NCBI GenBank assembly: GCA_001793865.1
Contig: MGIS01000024.1
Location: 21,525 to 85,524, forward strand
Length of the DNA: 64,000 bases
Direction: 5' to 3'
Origin: Candidatus Wolfebacteria bacterium RIFCSPLOWO2_01_FULL_47_17b
Lineage (GTDB): Bacteria; Patescibacteriota; Minisyncoccia; UBA6257; JAGOQP01
The translations under genes and the position numbers were made by a program. The first letter of the stretch is position 1. Every line of letters begins with the position of its first letter. Shown in pieces: positions 49,212 through 58,501 of the stretch. Under the pieces are notes generated by a model. The model ran no database searches. It worked only from the letters and a program-made list of their open reading frames with translations, and was not told where the DNA came from.

Positions 49212-50210
49212 ATGTTTGATCAACTCACTTCATTTCAAAATCTGCACCAAGCGTATCGGGATGCGAGAAAAGCAAAAAGATATCGCCCCGCTATCCTGCG
49301 ATTTGGATGCATGCTTGAAAAGGAACTTCCAATACTGCGGGATGCATTGCGCAACGGGACGTATGTACACGGCACCTACAGGACATTTATTGTTTCCGAT
49401 TCCAAAAAACGAATCATTCAAGCAGCTCCATTTCGCGATCGAGTGGTGCACCACGCGGTGTGCAATGTGATAGAGCCATTGTTCGAGCGTACCTTTATAC
49501 ACGACTCATACGCGTGCCGAAAGGACAAGGGGACGCATGCGGCGGTCAAACGATTGCGTTCGTTCATGCAAAGTTGCGGGGGGGGGGGGTCCAGGGTCTT
49601 CTGCCTGAAATGCGACATATCCAAATACTTCGATTCCATAGATCACGGAATATTATTGGGGCTACTGAAGAAGGGGCTACGAAAAGAAACCAAGGTTGAA
49701 CCTTCGCAGACCAAGGTTCAACCTTGGTCACTTCTCAATCTCTGCGAGCAGATCATCCGAAGCGTTCCTTCGGGCGTACCCATAGGCAATCTCACGAGTC
49801 AATTATTCGCAAACATCTATCTCAATGAACTTGACCAGTATGTGAAACGCGTACTCAAAGAACGATACTATATCCGCTATATGGATGATTTTCTTATTTT
49901 GAGTACGGATGCAGAGCATTTGTACAAACAACGAGAGTGCATACGCGCATTTTTGCGGGATCGATTGAAGCTTGTTTTGCATCCAAAAAAATCATCCATA
50001 TTTCCAATCATGCCCAACGGCATAGATTTTCTAGGATATCGTGTGTTCACGCACCATGTGGAATTGCGGAGATCTACCGTACAAAGGTGGAAGAGAAAAT
50101 TCAAAAATCTTCCGGCGGATCTCAGATCGGACGCGATTCGTGATTGGAAAGGATACACGAAGCATGCGAAATCGTGGAAGACGGTTCAAGGATTGCGGAT
50201 TTTGAAGTAA
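49212..50210 (+). CDS. DGR reverse transcriptase
   Basis: FRDRVVHHA, KGTHAA, LKCDISKYFDSI, GVPIGNLTSQLFANIYL, RYMDD, IDFLGY; start reassigned to ATG 49212. Confidence 0.96.
   Translation: MFDQLTSFQNLHQAYRDARKAKRYRPAILRFGCMLEKELPILRDALRNGTYVHGTYRTFIVSDSKKRIIQAAPFRDRVVHHAVCNVIEPLFERTFIHDSYACRKDKGTHAAVKRLRSFMQSCGGGGSRVFCLKCDISKYFDSIDHGILLGLLKKGLRKETKVEPSQTKVQPWSLLNLCEQIIRSVPSGVPIGNLTSQLFANIYLNELDQYVKRVLKERYYIRYMDDFLILSTDAEHLYKQRECIRAFLRDRLKLVLHPKKSSIFPIMPNGIDFLGYRVFTHHVELRRSTVQRWKRKFKNLPADLRSDAIRDWKGYTKHAKSWKTVQGLRILK
49689..49728. repeat. AGGTTNAACCT REP doublet inside RT
   Basis: ACCAAGGTTGAACCTTCGCAGACCAAGGTTCAACCTTGGT. Confidence 0.85.
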
Positions 50211-51253
50211 TTGCGCGCGACGAACTCGTATTGCTTCATAAATAATTCTTTGAAATACGAAAGGTTGTTTTGTTCGTCAAAAAGCAGGATTGCTTTTTTG
50301 TACTCTTCCTCGTCCGTCGCGCGGTATGAAAGCGGCAATTTGTTATACGCGAGCAAGAGCGCGTTGCCGACCATTCTGCTTGTACGCTTGTTTCCATCCT
50401 CAAACGGTTGGATGTACGCAAGCAACGATATCGCAACGATTGTCTTTTCAAACGGATTTTTTATCTTATTCACCGTATTGCACGCATCTTTTATCGCTTC
50501 CTGAATTTGATATAGATTATCCAGCGGACGGTAATATGTTCCAGTTATTCCTACCGCCGTTTTGCGGATGTTGCCGGATATTTCCAAATTCTTTGTAAGG
50601 ATTTCGTGCAGATATTCGATATCCGCTATCGAAAGTTTTCTGAATTTTTTTGGATGCGATAAAACAAACGTCATTGCGTCTTTATGATTTAAAATCATCC
50701 GCGCCTCTTCGATTTTCTTGCCCTTTGCAGAAGTGTGTTTTTTGATGAGATTTTCGGTTTCGAGCAGGGTATAGGTATTTCCTTCTATTCGCGATGATTT
50801 CCAGCTGAACTCGATAATAAACCGTTCCAGCTCCTGTTTTTTGATTGCGGGAGGCACGTACTTTTTTCGTGTACGCGCGGCATCGGTTGTATTTTGAAGC
50901 ATTTTTCTCTCCTGGGTATTCAGTAGTGCCGTCTTTTGCAGTATTGAAAATATGCTCTGATTGAATCGCGTTTGAATTTCTTCAGCCCTTCGTTCGCCGG
51001 AGAAATATTTCGATATCTGTACGGGCTTCATAAGCTTGTATAGAGGTGTTATGGAATATGTGCGAGCCCGCGCAGAGCCTGTGCAGGCAATAAATCTATT
51101 CTTTTTCAGGAATGCCAAATCACGCTTTAGTGTCACGAATGATGCGCTGTGCACTGAATTGGTAAGTATTTTTTGAATTTCTCCAGAAGAAACAGGTTGG
51201 TTCGCGGGGATTATGTGGAGTATTTCAGTTTGTCTTTCATTTATTTTGACCAT
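50186..51253 (-). CDS. Fic family protein with N-terminal HTH
   Basis: SSRIEGNT, YIQPFEDGNKRTSR. Confidence 0.9.
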   Translation of the reverse strand: MVKINERQTEILHIIPANQPVSSGEIQKILTNSVHSASFVTLKRDLAFLKKNRFIACTGSARARTYSITPLYKLMKPVQISKYFSGERRAEEIQTRFNQSIFSILQKTALLNTQERKMLQNTTDAARTRKKYVPPAIKKQELERFIIEFSWKSSRIEGNTYTLLETENLIKKHTSAKGKKIEEARMILNHKDAMTFVLSHPKKFRKLSIADIEYLHEILTKNLEISGNIRKTAVGITGTYYRPLDNLYQIQEAIKDACNTVNKIKNPFEKTIVAISLLAYIQPFEDGNKRTSRMVGNALLLAYNKLPLSYRATDEEEYKKAILLFDEQNNLSYFKELFMKQYEFVARNYFKIRNP

Positions 51254-51273
51254 ATTTTATGCCGTTCTATCTT

Positions 51274-51320
51274 AAATCGTATCATTCTAACATAAAAATC
51301 GTATCATATATGATACGATT
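51274..51320. promoter_or_regulatory. Probable operator upstream of fic
   Basis: Perfect 24-bp palindrome AATCGTATCATATATGATACGATT (51297-51320) plus a half-site at 51274-51285. Confidence 0.6.
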
Positions 51321-51444
51321 ACGCAATTGTACGTGGAAGCGTACGGTATACACGGAATGAAACCGCGCGCAGGCTGACGAGCCGAGTGCAGGGAGTTTGC
51401 GAGCACGCAAAACTCCCGAGTTGAATGGAGTGTATAACCGTACG

Positions 51445-53184
51445 CTACACCTCTATCACAACCGGAAGCACCATCGGGCGGCGCTTGGTTTTGGAATAGA
51501 GGAATGAGCCGAGCTGGTCGCGGATGAGCGCTTTGAGGTAGTCGGGCTCTATGGACTGCGCCCGCGGAATTCGGTTGACGATCACTTTGATTCGCTTGCG
51601 GATATCTTCCACAAACTCTTTGTTCATTTTCAGGTTAATAAATCCCCGCGAGATGATGTCGGGATTTTTCAAAAATCTTCCGGTGCGGCGATCGAGCGTG
51701 GAAATGACCACAATCATTCCTTCGCTTGAAAGTGCCTGGCGGTCGCGCAGAACCACTTCTTCCACGTCCCCGACACCCAGTCCGTCCACCATCACATAGT
51801 TTGCCGGTACCATCATGTCTGTTGCGATGACTTTGTCCGGCAAAAGATCCACGATCTGACCATTGTCCACGAGTATACAATTTTTCTCGGGCACTCCCAT
51901 TTCTTGCGCGTTTTCGCAGTTTGCCGAACGCATATAATACATACCGTGGATGGGAAGGAAAAACTTCGGCTGTACGGTCTTAATCATAAGTTTGAGGTCT
52001 TCGGCGGGGCCATGGCCTCCGGAGTGCACATCGATATCCTGCGTCTGGATGACTTTGGCGCCCTGGCGCGTGAGGTTGTCTTTGAGTGTCTGGATCGCCA
52101 TTTCATTTCCGGGAATAATTGACGATGAAAAGATAATCGTATCTCCTTTTTTGACGGATACGTACCTGTTTTCGCCGTTCGCGATCTTCATCATACTCGC
52201 GCGCGGCTCTCCCTGGGCTCCGGTGCTGAGGATGAGAACCTTGTCATCTTTATATTTCCGTATTTCTTCTACAGGAACGATGGTTCCTTTTTTTACTTTT
52301 ATGTAGCCGAGATTCTGCGCAATTTGGAAGTTTGTTTTGAGTGAAAAGCCGCTCAGGATGACTTTTTTGTCGAGCTTTTCGGCTATCTTTACGATCTCGC
52401 CGGCGCGCGTCAGTAAAGACGCGAACATACCGACAATAATCCGCCCCTTTGCTTTGGCGAGGATGTCCTCGATGTTCTTTTGTACGATTTCTTCGGAAAG
52501 CGATTTGCCCTGCTTCCACGCGGAGGTGCTATCCAGAAAAAGCGTATGGATGCCGTGCTTTTTCATCTTTTCGAATGAGCCGAGGTCTTTTGGATTTCCT
52601 TTCGCGTCAAAATCAATTTTGAGGTCGGTGCAGTACGCGAAATTTCCGACAGGGGTTTCGATGACCAAGCCGATCGAGTCGGGGATCGTATGCTCGATCT
52701 CGTAGAAATGCACCTTGATATGCTCGGATATCTGCATGCTTTGCCCGTCTTTTATACTGTGGATGATGGGCTTGGCCGCGTGAGAATAATCCTCCTGCCG
52801 CCTTTTTATGATTTCGCGGGTGAGGTCGGTTGCGTAGATGGGTATTGAGGCGCCAAGTTTATCCAGCAAGTGAGGAATGCCGCCGATGTGATCATAGTGC
52901 CCGTGTGTAATGATGATTCCCTTTATGTTGTGGCGCTTGGGGAGCAGTGATTCCACGTTGGGAATAATGTAGTCAATCCCTGGCGTGTTTTCTTCGGGGA
53001 ACTGCAGCCCCATGTCTATGAGCAGTATTTCGTTTTTATATTCGAACACGGACATATTGCGCCCGATTTCCTCAAGCCCGCCCAGCCCGATAAAACGAAC
53101 GCCGTCGCCAGAGGATCGCGGAGCTTGTTTACCGACAGTGGAATGAAGAGGTCGCCGTAGCGTTCTTTTTTTAGTAGTTTGCAT
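51445..53184 (-). CDS. rnj: Ribonuclease J
   Basis: LGGLEEIGRNM, THGHYDHIG, TGAQGEP, SSSIIPGNE, HSGGH, PIHG, RRPMVLPV. Confidence 0.97.
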   Translation of the reverse strand: MQTTKKRTLRRPLHSTVGKQAPRSSGDGVRFIGLGGLEEIGRNMSVFEYKNEILLIDMGLQFPEENTPGIDYIIPNVESLLPKRHNIKGIIITHGHYDHIGGIPHLLDKLGASIPIYATDLTREIIKRRQEDYSHAAKPIIHSIKDGQSMQISEHIKVHFYEIEHTIPDSIGLVIETPVGNFAYCTDLKIDFDAKGNPKDLGSFEKMKKHGIHTLFLDSTSAWKQGKSLSEEIVQKNIEDILAKAKGRIIVGMFASLLTRAGEIVKIAEKLDKKVILSGFSLKTNFQIAQNLGYIKVKKGTIVPVEEIRKYKDDKVLILSTGAQGEPRASMMKIANGENRYVSVKKGDTIIFSSSIIPGNEMAIQTLKDNLTRQGAKVIQTQDIDVHSGGHGPAEDLKLMIKTVQPKFFLPIHGMYYMRSANCENAQEMGVPEKNCILVDNGQIVDLLPDKVIATDMMVPANYVMVDGLGVGDVEEVVLRDRQALSSEGMIVVISTLDRRTGRFLKNPDIISRGFINLKMNKEFVEDIRKRIKVIVNRIPRAQSIEPDYLKALIRDQLGSFLYSKTKRRPMVLPVVIEV

Positions 53185-53203
53185 AGTTATTAATGATTAT
53201 TTG

Positions 53204-53284
53204 TGGGCGAGAGAGGATTTGAACCTCCATGGATTGCTCCACACGCTCCTGAAGCGTGCGCGTCTGCCATTTCGCCACTCGCCC
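53204..53284 (-). tRNA. tRNA-Leu(CAG), CCA not encoded
   Basis: Minus strand GGGCGAGTGGCGAAATGGCAGACGC...TT-CAG-GA...long variable arm...GGTTCAAATCC. Confidence 0.93.
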
Positions 53285-53288
53285 ATGG

Positions 53289-53966
53289 TTATTCAAATGG
53301 GTATAGCGGGTCGTTATTCTTTGGTGCGGTTATTTTTTTGGCCGTATAGCCGGACAGCCGGGGATTTTTTTTGAATGTCAGTTTTTGTTTATCCCATACG
53401 GGGAACAGTGCGGGGCCGTGTGTGCGTCGAAAAAAATCGTAGTCTGAAGAGTGCTTTTTTGCTGTGAAAATATTTGCAATAACAAGTGGTGTGCCGCGGG
53501 ATGCCTGTATGGTTATATGTCCGTACACGCCGGGAATATGTACATACGATCCTTCCTCTGCGCGTACGAGTATGATTTCTTTTTTAGTAGCGTGCTGCAG
53601 GTAGAACAGACCTTGTCCGTGAAGTACCTGGTACAGTTCGGCTGGCCGAGTACTACCGATTCGTTTGTGTATGTGGCCTATGGTCCGTACGGCTTCCGGG
53701 CCGATGGTTCCATACTGCAGGACGGTTATATCGTATCGAATGCCCTGTTTTCTGAACAGTTGCGTATGCGAAGGGAATCGAACGTTACGGTAAATATAAT
53801 ACAATGGTTTGGGAATTGCAAGTGTCCGGGTGTGCGGCATAAAAAATTCTTCATTTCCAGCGTAGTGCCGTTTTTCCACTGGGTCGTGCTCCAGCTTGGA
53901 AGAAAATATAAGGCCGCGCTTCGTGAGTGTTATTGGAAGGCCTGAGATGTGTTGTAGGGAAATCAT
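53289..53966 (-). CDS. Cupin-type glucose-6-phosphate isomerase-like protein
   Basis: RYDITV, RTIGHIH, ELYQVLHG, IPGVYGH. Confidence 0.8.
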   Translation of the reverse strand: MISLQHISGLPITLTKRGLIFSSKLEHDPVEKRHYAGNEEFFMPHTRTLAIPKPLYYIYRNVRFPSHTQLFRKQGIRYDITVLQYGTIGPEAVRTIGHIHKRIGSTRPAELYQVLHGQGLFYLQHATKKEIILVRAEEGSYVHIPGVYGHITIQASRGTPLVIANIFTAKKHSSDYDFFRRTHGPALFPVWDKQKLTFKKNPRLSGYTAKKITAPKNNDPLYPFE

Positions 53967-53971
53967 GAGAG

Positions 53972-54063
53972 AATTATAAATTTTAAATTATAAATCAGTT
54001 TTTAATTACTAAATTATAAAATTCAGACCTTGATTTTAAATTTATAATTTATAATTGGAAATT
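53972..54063. repeat. AT-rich hairpin, diverged family A-like element
   Basis: AATTATAAATTTTAAATTATAAATCAG...TTGATTTTAAATTTATAATTTATAATT, same architecture. Confidence 0.6.
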
Positions 54064-55732
54064 AACGTGATACCCGTTTTGTCTTCGCATACCATTCGGT
54101 GATGCGGACAAAGCGGGCGTCGGGCGTCGCGATGGTGTCTATGGGAGCGCCGATTGTATGCGCTTGCGTGAGATATATGTACTGCGGGGAAGCTATGAAG
54201 AGTGCGGGTGTTTGGGAGACGATCTCTTGTGCAAGAATCGCCAGCGTTTCATTCCTGGATTGCGATTGAGGATCGATGGATCGCAGCTGCAAAAGTAGTT
54301 CATCTATGGTGCCGCTTTCATAAAGCGAGAAGTTAAGTCCCGGGTAAAACCGTTCGTTTGAATGCCAGAACGATGTAAGATCCGGCATAGGGAGTAGAAT
54401 ATTCCCATATATGATCATTTCGTAGTTTCTAGTTTTCAGTACATCTTCGGAAAAGAGATTTGCGTCGGTTGTTTCAATCTTCGTTTTGATCCCGACGGTT
54501 TCCCATTGGTTCCGCACCGATTCGGCGATTTGCCGCACGATCGGAGAGTCGGGGATTTTTATGGTGAACATAAGTTGCGCGAGCGTTTCATCGTCGGTTA
54601 CCGTATTCCATGTGCGAGTTTCGTCGTCAAAGAACCACCCGTTGTCTTCAAGCAGGCGATGGGCTTCATCGGTATTTCCTTGGGCTGGTACGGGGTTTTG
54701 AAGCGCGGTATCTTGGTATGCCGGCAACGGTCCTTGTTGAACCACTGCGTGTCCCGCGAAAACATCTTGTATAAGTGCTTCGCGGTCCACAAAGAGCCAT
54801 AGTGCGCGTCGTACCGCGGGTGACGCCAGGGCGGAATGCGCATTCTGGTTCAGGAACACCGCGTAGTATCGGGACGTTGAAATATTGTTTTGTTGGGTGT
54901 TTATTTCGGCGTATTCGGCAATGCGAGGCGTAAAACTGCCGAATCCGTCTATCAGTCCCTTATTGAACGAACGCATGAGTAAATCTTCGTTTTCAAAGTA
55001 CAGCATTACGAATCGATCCAGGTGTGGCAGTGTGCCGATCGCGTGGTACCGTTCGTTTTTCTTCATAAATATGCTTGTAATAAAGCCGTCCGCGCGCTTT
55101 TCGAGCTCCTCGAATACGAATGGTCCGCTTCCGATAGGCTTGAGGTTAAATGCCGAAAGCCGAATATTCGCAGGAGAAAGATCGGCAAAGTATTTCTTCG
55201 GGATGGGGCGAAGATCGTGCAGGAGATTTTCGAAGAGCGCGTAGGTATTGACTGTTTCAAAGAGAACTTCCCGTTCGCTGACGCGCTCAACGCTTACGTT
55301 CTGCCAGTTGGAAAAATGCGGACTTGCCGCGTCTGTGTTTTGGATGATTTGTACGGTGAATACAATGTCGTCGCTTGTAACGGGGGTGTTGTCGTGCCAA
55401 ACGGCTTCCTCTTTCAAGCGCAGACTCCAGCTCCTGAACTCCTCATCGTGTTCAATAAGCTCGGCAAGATCGTAGACTGAGGCAAACAGGAGTGCTACCG
55501 CGTCCCGGTCCGCGCTGCCTTCCCGCGCAAGCACGGGATTGAGGTAGGCGACCTGTCCGACAACTCCTTCGGTGAACGTACCACCCTGTGCCGGTACCGA
55601 CACGGTGTAGGTGTTGATAAGCTGGATGATCAAAAGCACGCCCGTTAGGAGTACGAGCGCCGAACACACCAGAAAGATCGTGAACTCTTTGGGTGAGAAA
55701 GATTTGATAGCGGACAAAAACGTGTGAAGCAT
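54062..55732 (-). CDS. ABC peptide/nickel substrate-binding protein (family 5), membrane-anchored
   Basis: GGTFTEG, LNPV, WHDNTPVTSDDIVFT, PIGSGPF. Confidence 0.9.
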   Translation of the reverse strand: MLHTFLSAIKSFSPKEFTIFLVCSALVLLTGVLLIIQLINTYTVSVPAQGGTFTEGVVGQVAYLNPVLAREGSADRDAVALLFASVYDLAELIEHDEEFRSWSLRLKEEAVWHDNTPVTSDDIVFTVQIIQNTDAASPHFSNWQNVSVERVSEREVLFETVNTYALFENLLHDLRPIPKKYFADLSPANIRLSAFNLKPIGSGPFVFEELEKRADGFITSIFMKKNERYHAIGTLPHLDRFVMLYFENEDLLMRSFNKGLIDGFGSFTPRIAEYAEINTQQNNISTSRYYAVFLNQNAHSALASPAVRRALWLFVDREALIQDVFAGHAVVQQGPLPAYQDTALQNPVPAQGNTDEAHRLLEDNGWFFDDETRTWNTVTDDETLAQLMFTIKIPDSPIVRQIAESVRNQWETVGIKTKIETTDANLFSEDVLKTRNYEMIIYGNILLPMPDLTSFWHSNERFYPGLNFSLYESGTIDELLLQLRSIDPQSQSRNETLAILAQEIVSQTPALFIASPQYIYLTQAHTIGAPIDTIATPDARFVRITEWYAKTKRVSR

Positions 55733-55948
55733 TTATAACAACAAATTTGCCAATGACGTAGCGATAAACAAGACCAAACCCACAATAGTTGCGGTGTGAA
55801 GGTATTTTTCGATGCCTCTGCGCTGGGTGGTAAATTCCGCTCCTCCTCCAAACGCTTCTCCGACTCCGCCGCCCCGTTCTTGCACGAGCACGAGTATGAT
55901 GAGTATGACCGCAATTGCCAGTTGCGCAACTGATAAAATGGTGGACAT
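55733..55948 (-). CDS. secG: Preprotein translocase SecG
   Basis: LVLVQERGGGVGEAFGG...RRGIEKYL. Confidence 0.92.
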   Translation of the reverse strand: MSTILSVAQLAIAVILIILVLVQERGGGVGEAFGGGAEFTTQRRGIEKYLHTATIVGLVLFIATSLANLLL

Positions 55949-55961
55949 AAAAATAATTTAA

Positions 55962-56321
55962 TCACTCCTTTTTCTTAGAGGACTTTGATGTAAGATAGTT
56001 AGCCACACTTATGATTACTGTAGCATAGACGAGCGGAAAAAGTCCAGCAATGGTGATTTCTGTTAGTACAAAGTCTACGCCATAGAGTAAAAGCGCGTTT
56101 ACCACAAGTACACCCAGCCCCAGCGTGATGAATATGACTGGGCTGAAGATGAGCTTGAGTATGGGCCGGATAAAGATGTTTACGAGCGTCAGTACCGCGG
56201 CGACCTTGAGGTATGCCTCAACGCTTGGCACGACGTCAAAACCGTCGATGAAATACTGCGATACATACAGTGCCGCGCCGTTTGCAAGCAATTGGATCAG
56301 TATTCGGGAGATGAATGACAT
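55962..56321 (-). CDS. 4-TM phage-holin-like (YvlD/DUF360) membrane protein
   Basis: LVNIFIRPILKLIFSPVIFITLGL..VVNA; start reassigned to 56321. Confidence 0.82.
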   Translation of the reverse strand: MSFISRILIQLLANGAALYVSQYFIDGFDVVPSVEAYLKVAAVLTLVNIFIRPILKLIFSPVIFITLGLGVLVVNALLLYGVDFVLTEITIAGLFPLVYATVIISVANYLTSKSSKKKE

Positions 56322-56445
56322 GGCTCTAGTATATCCCATTGTATTCCTATTTTCCACATGCAATGAGTTTAGATGTGCTATACTGAAGAGGTAATTCATT
56401 AGCATTTAAAGGTCGCTTTTGTTTATCGTATATTGATTTAACCAT

Positions 56446-57114
56446 ATGTGGACAGATATCATAACTCAGTCGTTTCAAAACGCATGGGTCGTGGTTGTGA
56501 ATTTTTTGCCGTCGTTTATCGCGGCTTTGATCATCCTCATCATCGGTCTTTTGGTAGCATCGGTGCTGCGGACGATTTTCGAGCGGATTATAACTGTGTT
56601 GCAACTTGATTCGGTTTTGCGCAAGCTTGGACTTGAAGCGGCATTGCAACGCGGCGGCCTCGCGCTTAATAGCGCACGGTTTATCGGCGCGCTGGTGTAT
56701 TGGTTCTTTGTCGTTGTGACGGTGCTTGCAGCATCAGATATTCTTGGATTGTGGGGTCTTTCTTCGTTCCTGAACGAAGTACTGCTCTACTTCCCGAATG
56801 TGATCGCCGCGGTGCTCATCTTGGTGGCGGCGATACTGGTTGCCAACTTCCTTCGCTCGCTCGTACGCGCGTCGGTCAAGGGCGCGAAACTGCATGGTGC
56901 CAAGTTTCTTGGTACGCTCACCTGGTGGATAGTCGTAGTATTCGGATTTCTGGCAGCGCTTCTGCAGCTGGGAGTCGCGACCGAACTTATCCAGTCAGTT
57001 GTTGTCGGCGTCATCGGCATGTTTGCGCTCGCCGGGGGTCTTGCATTCGGACTTGGTGGCAAGGATTACGCGGCGGCGTGGATCTCAAAATTCAAAAGCC
57101 ATACCGAAGAATAA
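56446..57114 (+). CDS. TM-helix repeat (CmpX/MscS-associated) membrane protein
   Basis: Repeated FLPSFIAALIIL / YFPNVIAAVLIL; GLAFGLGG end. Confidence 0.8.
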   Translation: MWTDIITQSFQNAWVVVVNFLPSFIAALIILIIGLLVASVLRTIFERIITVLQLDSVLRKLGLEAALQRGGLALNSARFIGALVYWFFVVVTVLAASDILGLWGLSSFLNEVLLYFPNVIAAVLILVAAILVANFLRSLVRASVKGAKLHGAKFLGTLTWWIVVVFGFLAALLQLGVATELIQSVVVGVIGMFALAGGLAFGLGGKDYAAAWISKFKSHTEE

Positions 57115-57120
57115 TTCAGT

Positions 57121-57171
57121 AAAACACCGCTGGTCTGCCATCCGTCAGCGGATGGAGGCGAAGCGGTGTTT
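57121..57171. terminator. Hairpin, probable intrinsic terminator
   Basis: AAAACACCGCT...AGCGGTGTTTT immediately after the stop. Confidence 0.55.
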
Positions 57172-57247
57172 TTGTACTTGCATTTCCCATTTACGATGCT
57201 AGAATAATTCTATTCAGATCCGCTGCTCAGCGGATTTATTTAAGGAC

Positions 57248-58483
57248 ATGCTCGATATCAAAATGGTGCAAAAGGCGGTCGAACAGCTGGCCGCGGAAAA
57301 GGATCTTGATCCGAAGCAAATTATGGAGGCGCTCGAAGCGGCGCTTGTTTCCGCGTATAAAAAAGAATACAACAAGCGCGGTGAAGTGATCCGCTGCAAT
57401 TTGGACACCAAGACCGGCGATATGCATTTCTACCAGATAAAGACCGTGGTAGATGATACGCTTGTGAGGTTCCCGGTAGAGGGGGAGGAAGAAGAACAGC
57501 AACGCGTTGAGGAGCCACGGCGTGAAGTCGGGGTTCCGGCCGAAACTTCGGAAGAGCAACTGCCGTTGTTTAACGAAGAGCGCCACATGACGCTTGATGA
57601 GGCAAAAAAGGTAAAGAAAGACGCCGCTGTGGGCGACGAGTTTACATTTGATCTCGAGACTCCTTCTATGGATTTCGGGCGCATTGCCGCGCAGACCGCA
57701 AAGCAGGTCATTATGCAGAAATTGCGCGAGATCGAAAAAGACGCCATTAAAAAGGAGTTTGAGGGTCGCGTTGGAGAGCTTGTGACTGGTGTTTTACAGC
57801 GCATCGAACGGGGGAATGTATTTGTGGATTTAGGGCGCGCGTCTGGTGTTATGTTTTTTTCAGAGGCGATCCCCGGCGAGCATTACCGTATCGGCGAGCG
57901 GCTGAAGTTTTATCTTTTGCAGGCGCAGGAGAGCGGCCGGGGGCCGAATCTGCTGTTATCCCGCTCGCATCCCCGCTTTGTTACAAAACTTTTTGAACTT
58001 GAAGTTCCCGAAATCGCGGATGGCGTGGTACAAATAAAGGGTATTGTGCGGGAGCCGGGTAGCCGGTCCAAGATTGCGGTTGCGACCGAGGAGGACGGCG
58101 TGGATCCGGTTGGATCGTGCGTGGGTCAGCGAGGCGCGCGCGTGCTTGCGGTAACCAGCGAACTTGGAAGCGAAAAAACCGATATTATCGAATGGTCTGC
58201 GGATCCAGAAAAATATGTGTCGGCAGCTTTGAGTCCAGCGACCGTTACGGCGGTTGAGCGCACCGGAGACCGTGAGGTCCGCGTACTTGTTCCTGAGGAT
58301 CAGCTGAGTCTTGCGATCGGCAAAGGGGGGCAAAATGCCCGCCTCGCGGCGCAGCTGACCGGTATGAAAATCGATATTCGTTCGCAATCCCGCCCCGAAG
58401 AGAAGCAGGAGGGAGGGGTCGCCGAAGTGCCCGAAGGCGAAGAGGCTATGTCTGAGGAGAAAAATGAGGACGCCGAAGAGTAA
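57248..58483 (+). CDS. nusA: Transcription termination factor NusA
   Basis: FGRIAAQTAKQ, LFELEVPEI, REPGSRSKIAV, SLAIGKGGQNARLA. Confidence 0.98.
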   Translation: MLDIKMVQKAVEQLAAEKDLDPKQIMEALEAALVSAYKKEYNKRGEVIRCNLDTKTGDMHFYQIKTVVDDTLVRFPVEGEEEEQQRVEEPRREVGVPAETSEEQLPLFNEERHMTLDEAKKVKKDAAVGDEFTFDLETPSMDFGRIAAQTAKQVIMQKLREIEKDAIKKEFEGRVGELVTGVLQRIERGNVFVDLGRASGVMFFSEAIPGEHYRIGERLKFYLLQAQESGRGPNLLLSRSHPRFVTKLFELEVPEIADGVVQIKGIVREPGSRSKIAVATEEDGVDPVGSCVGQRGARVLAVTSELGSEKTDIIEWSADPEKYVSAALSPATVTAVERTGDREVRVLVPEDQLSLAIGKGGQNARLAAQLTGMKIDIRSQSRPEEKQEGGVAEVPEGEEAMSEEKNEDAEE

Positions 58484-58501
58484 ATAATGTATACTACACA
58501 T

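Noticed and set aside
49071-50210. Group II intron, retron or Abi RT; longer N-terminus from 49071
   Set aside because: avd, the TR/VR pair and the LTSQ motif identify a DGR RT; the extension overlaps the TR spacer, so ATG 49212 is preferred.
55962-56405. Prophage inferred from a holin-like gene and the DGR
   Set aside because: No capsid, terminase, tail or integrase genes; this 4-TM family is commonly chromosomal.
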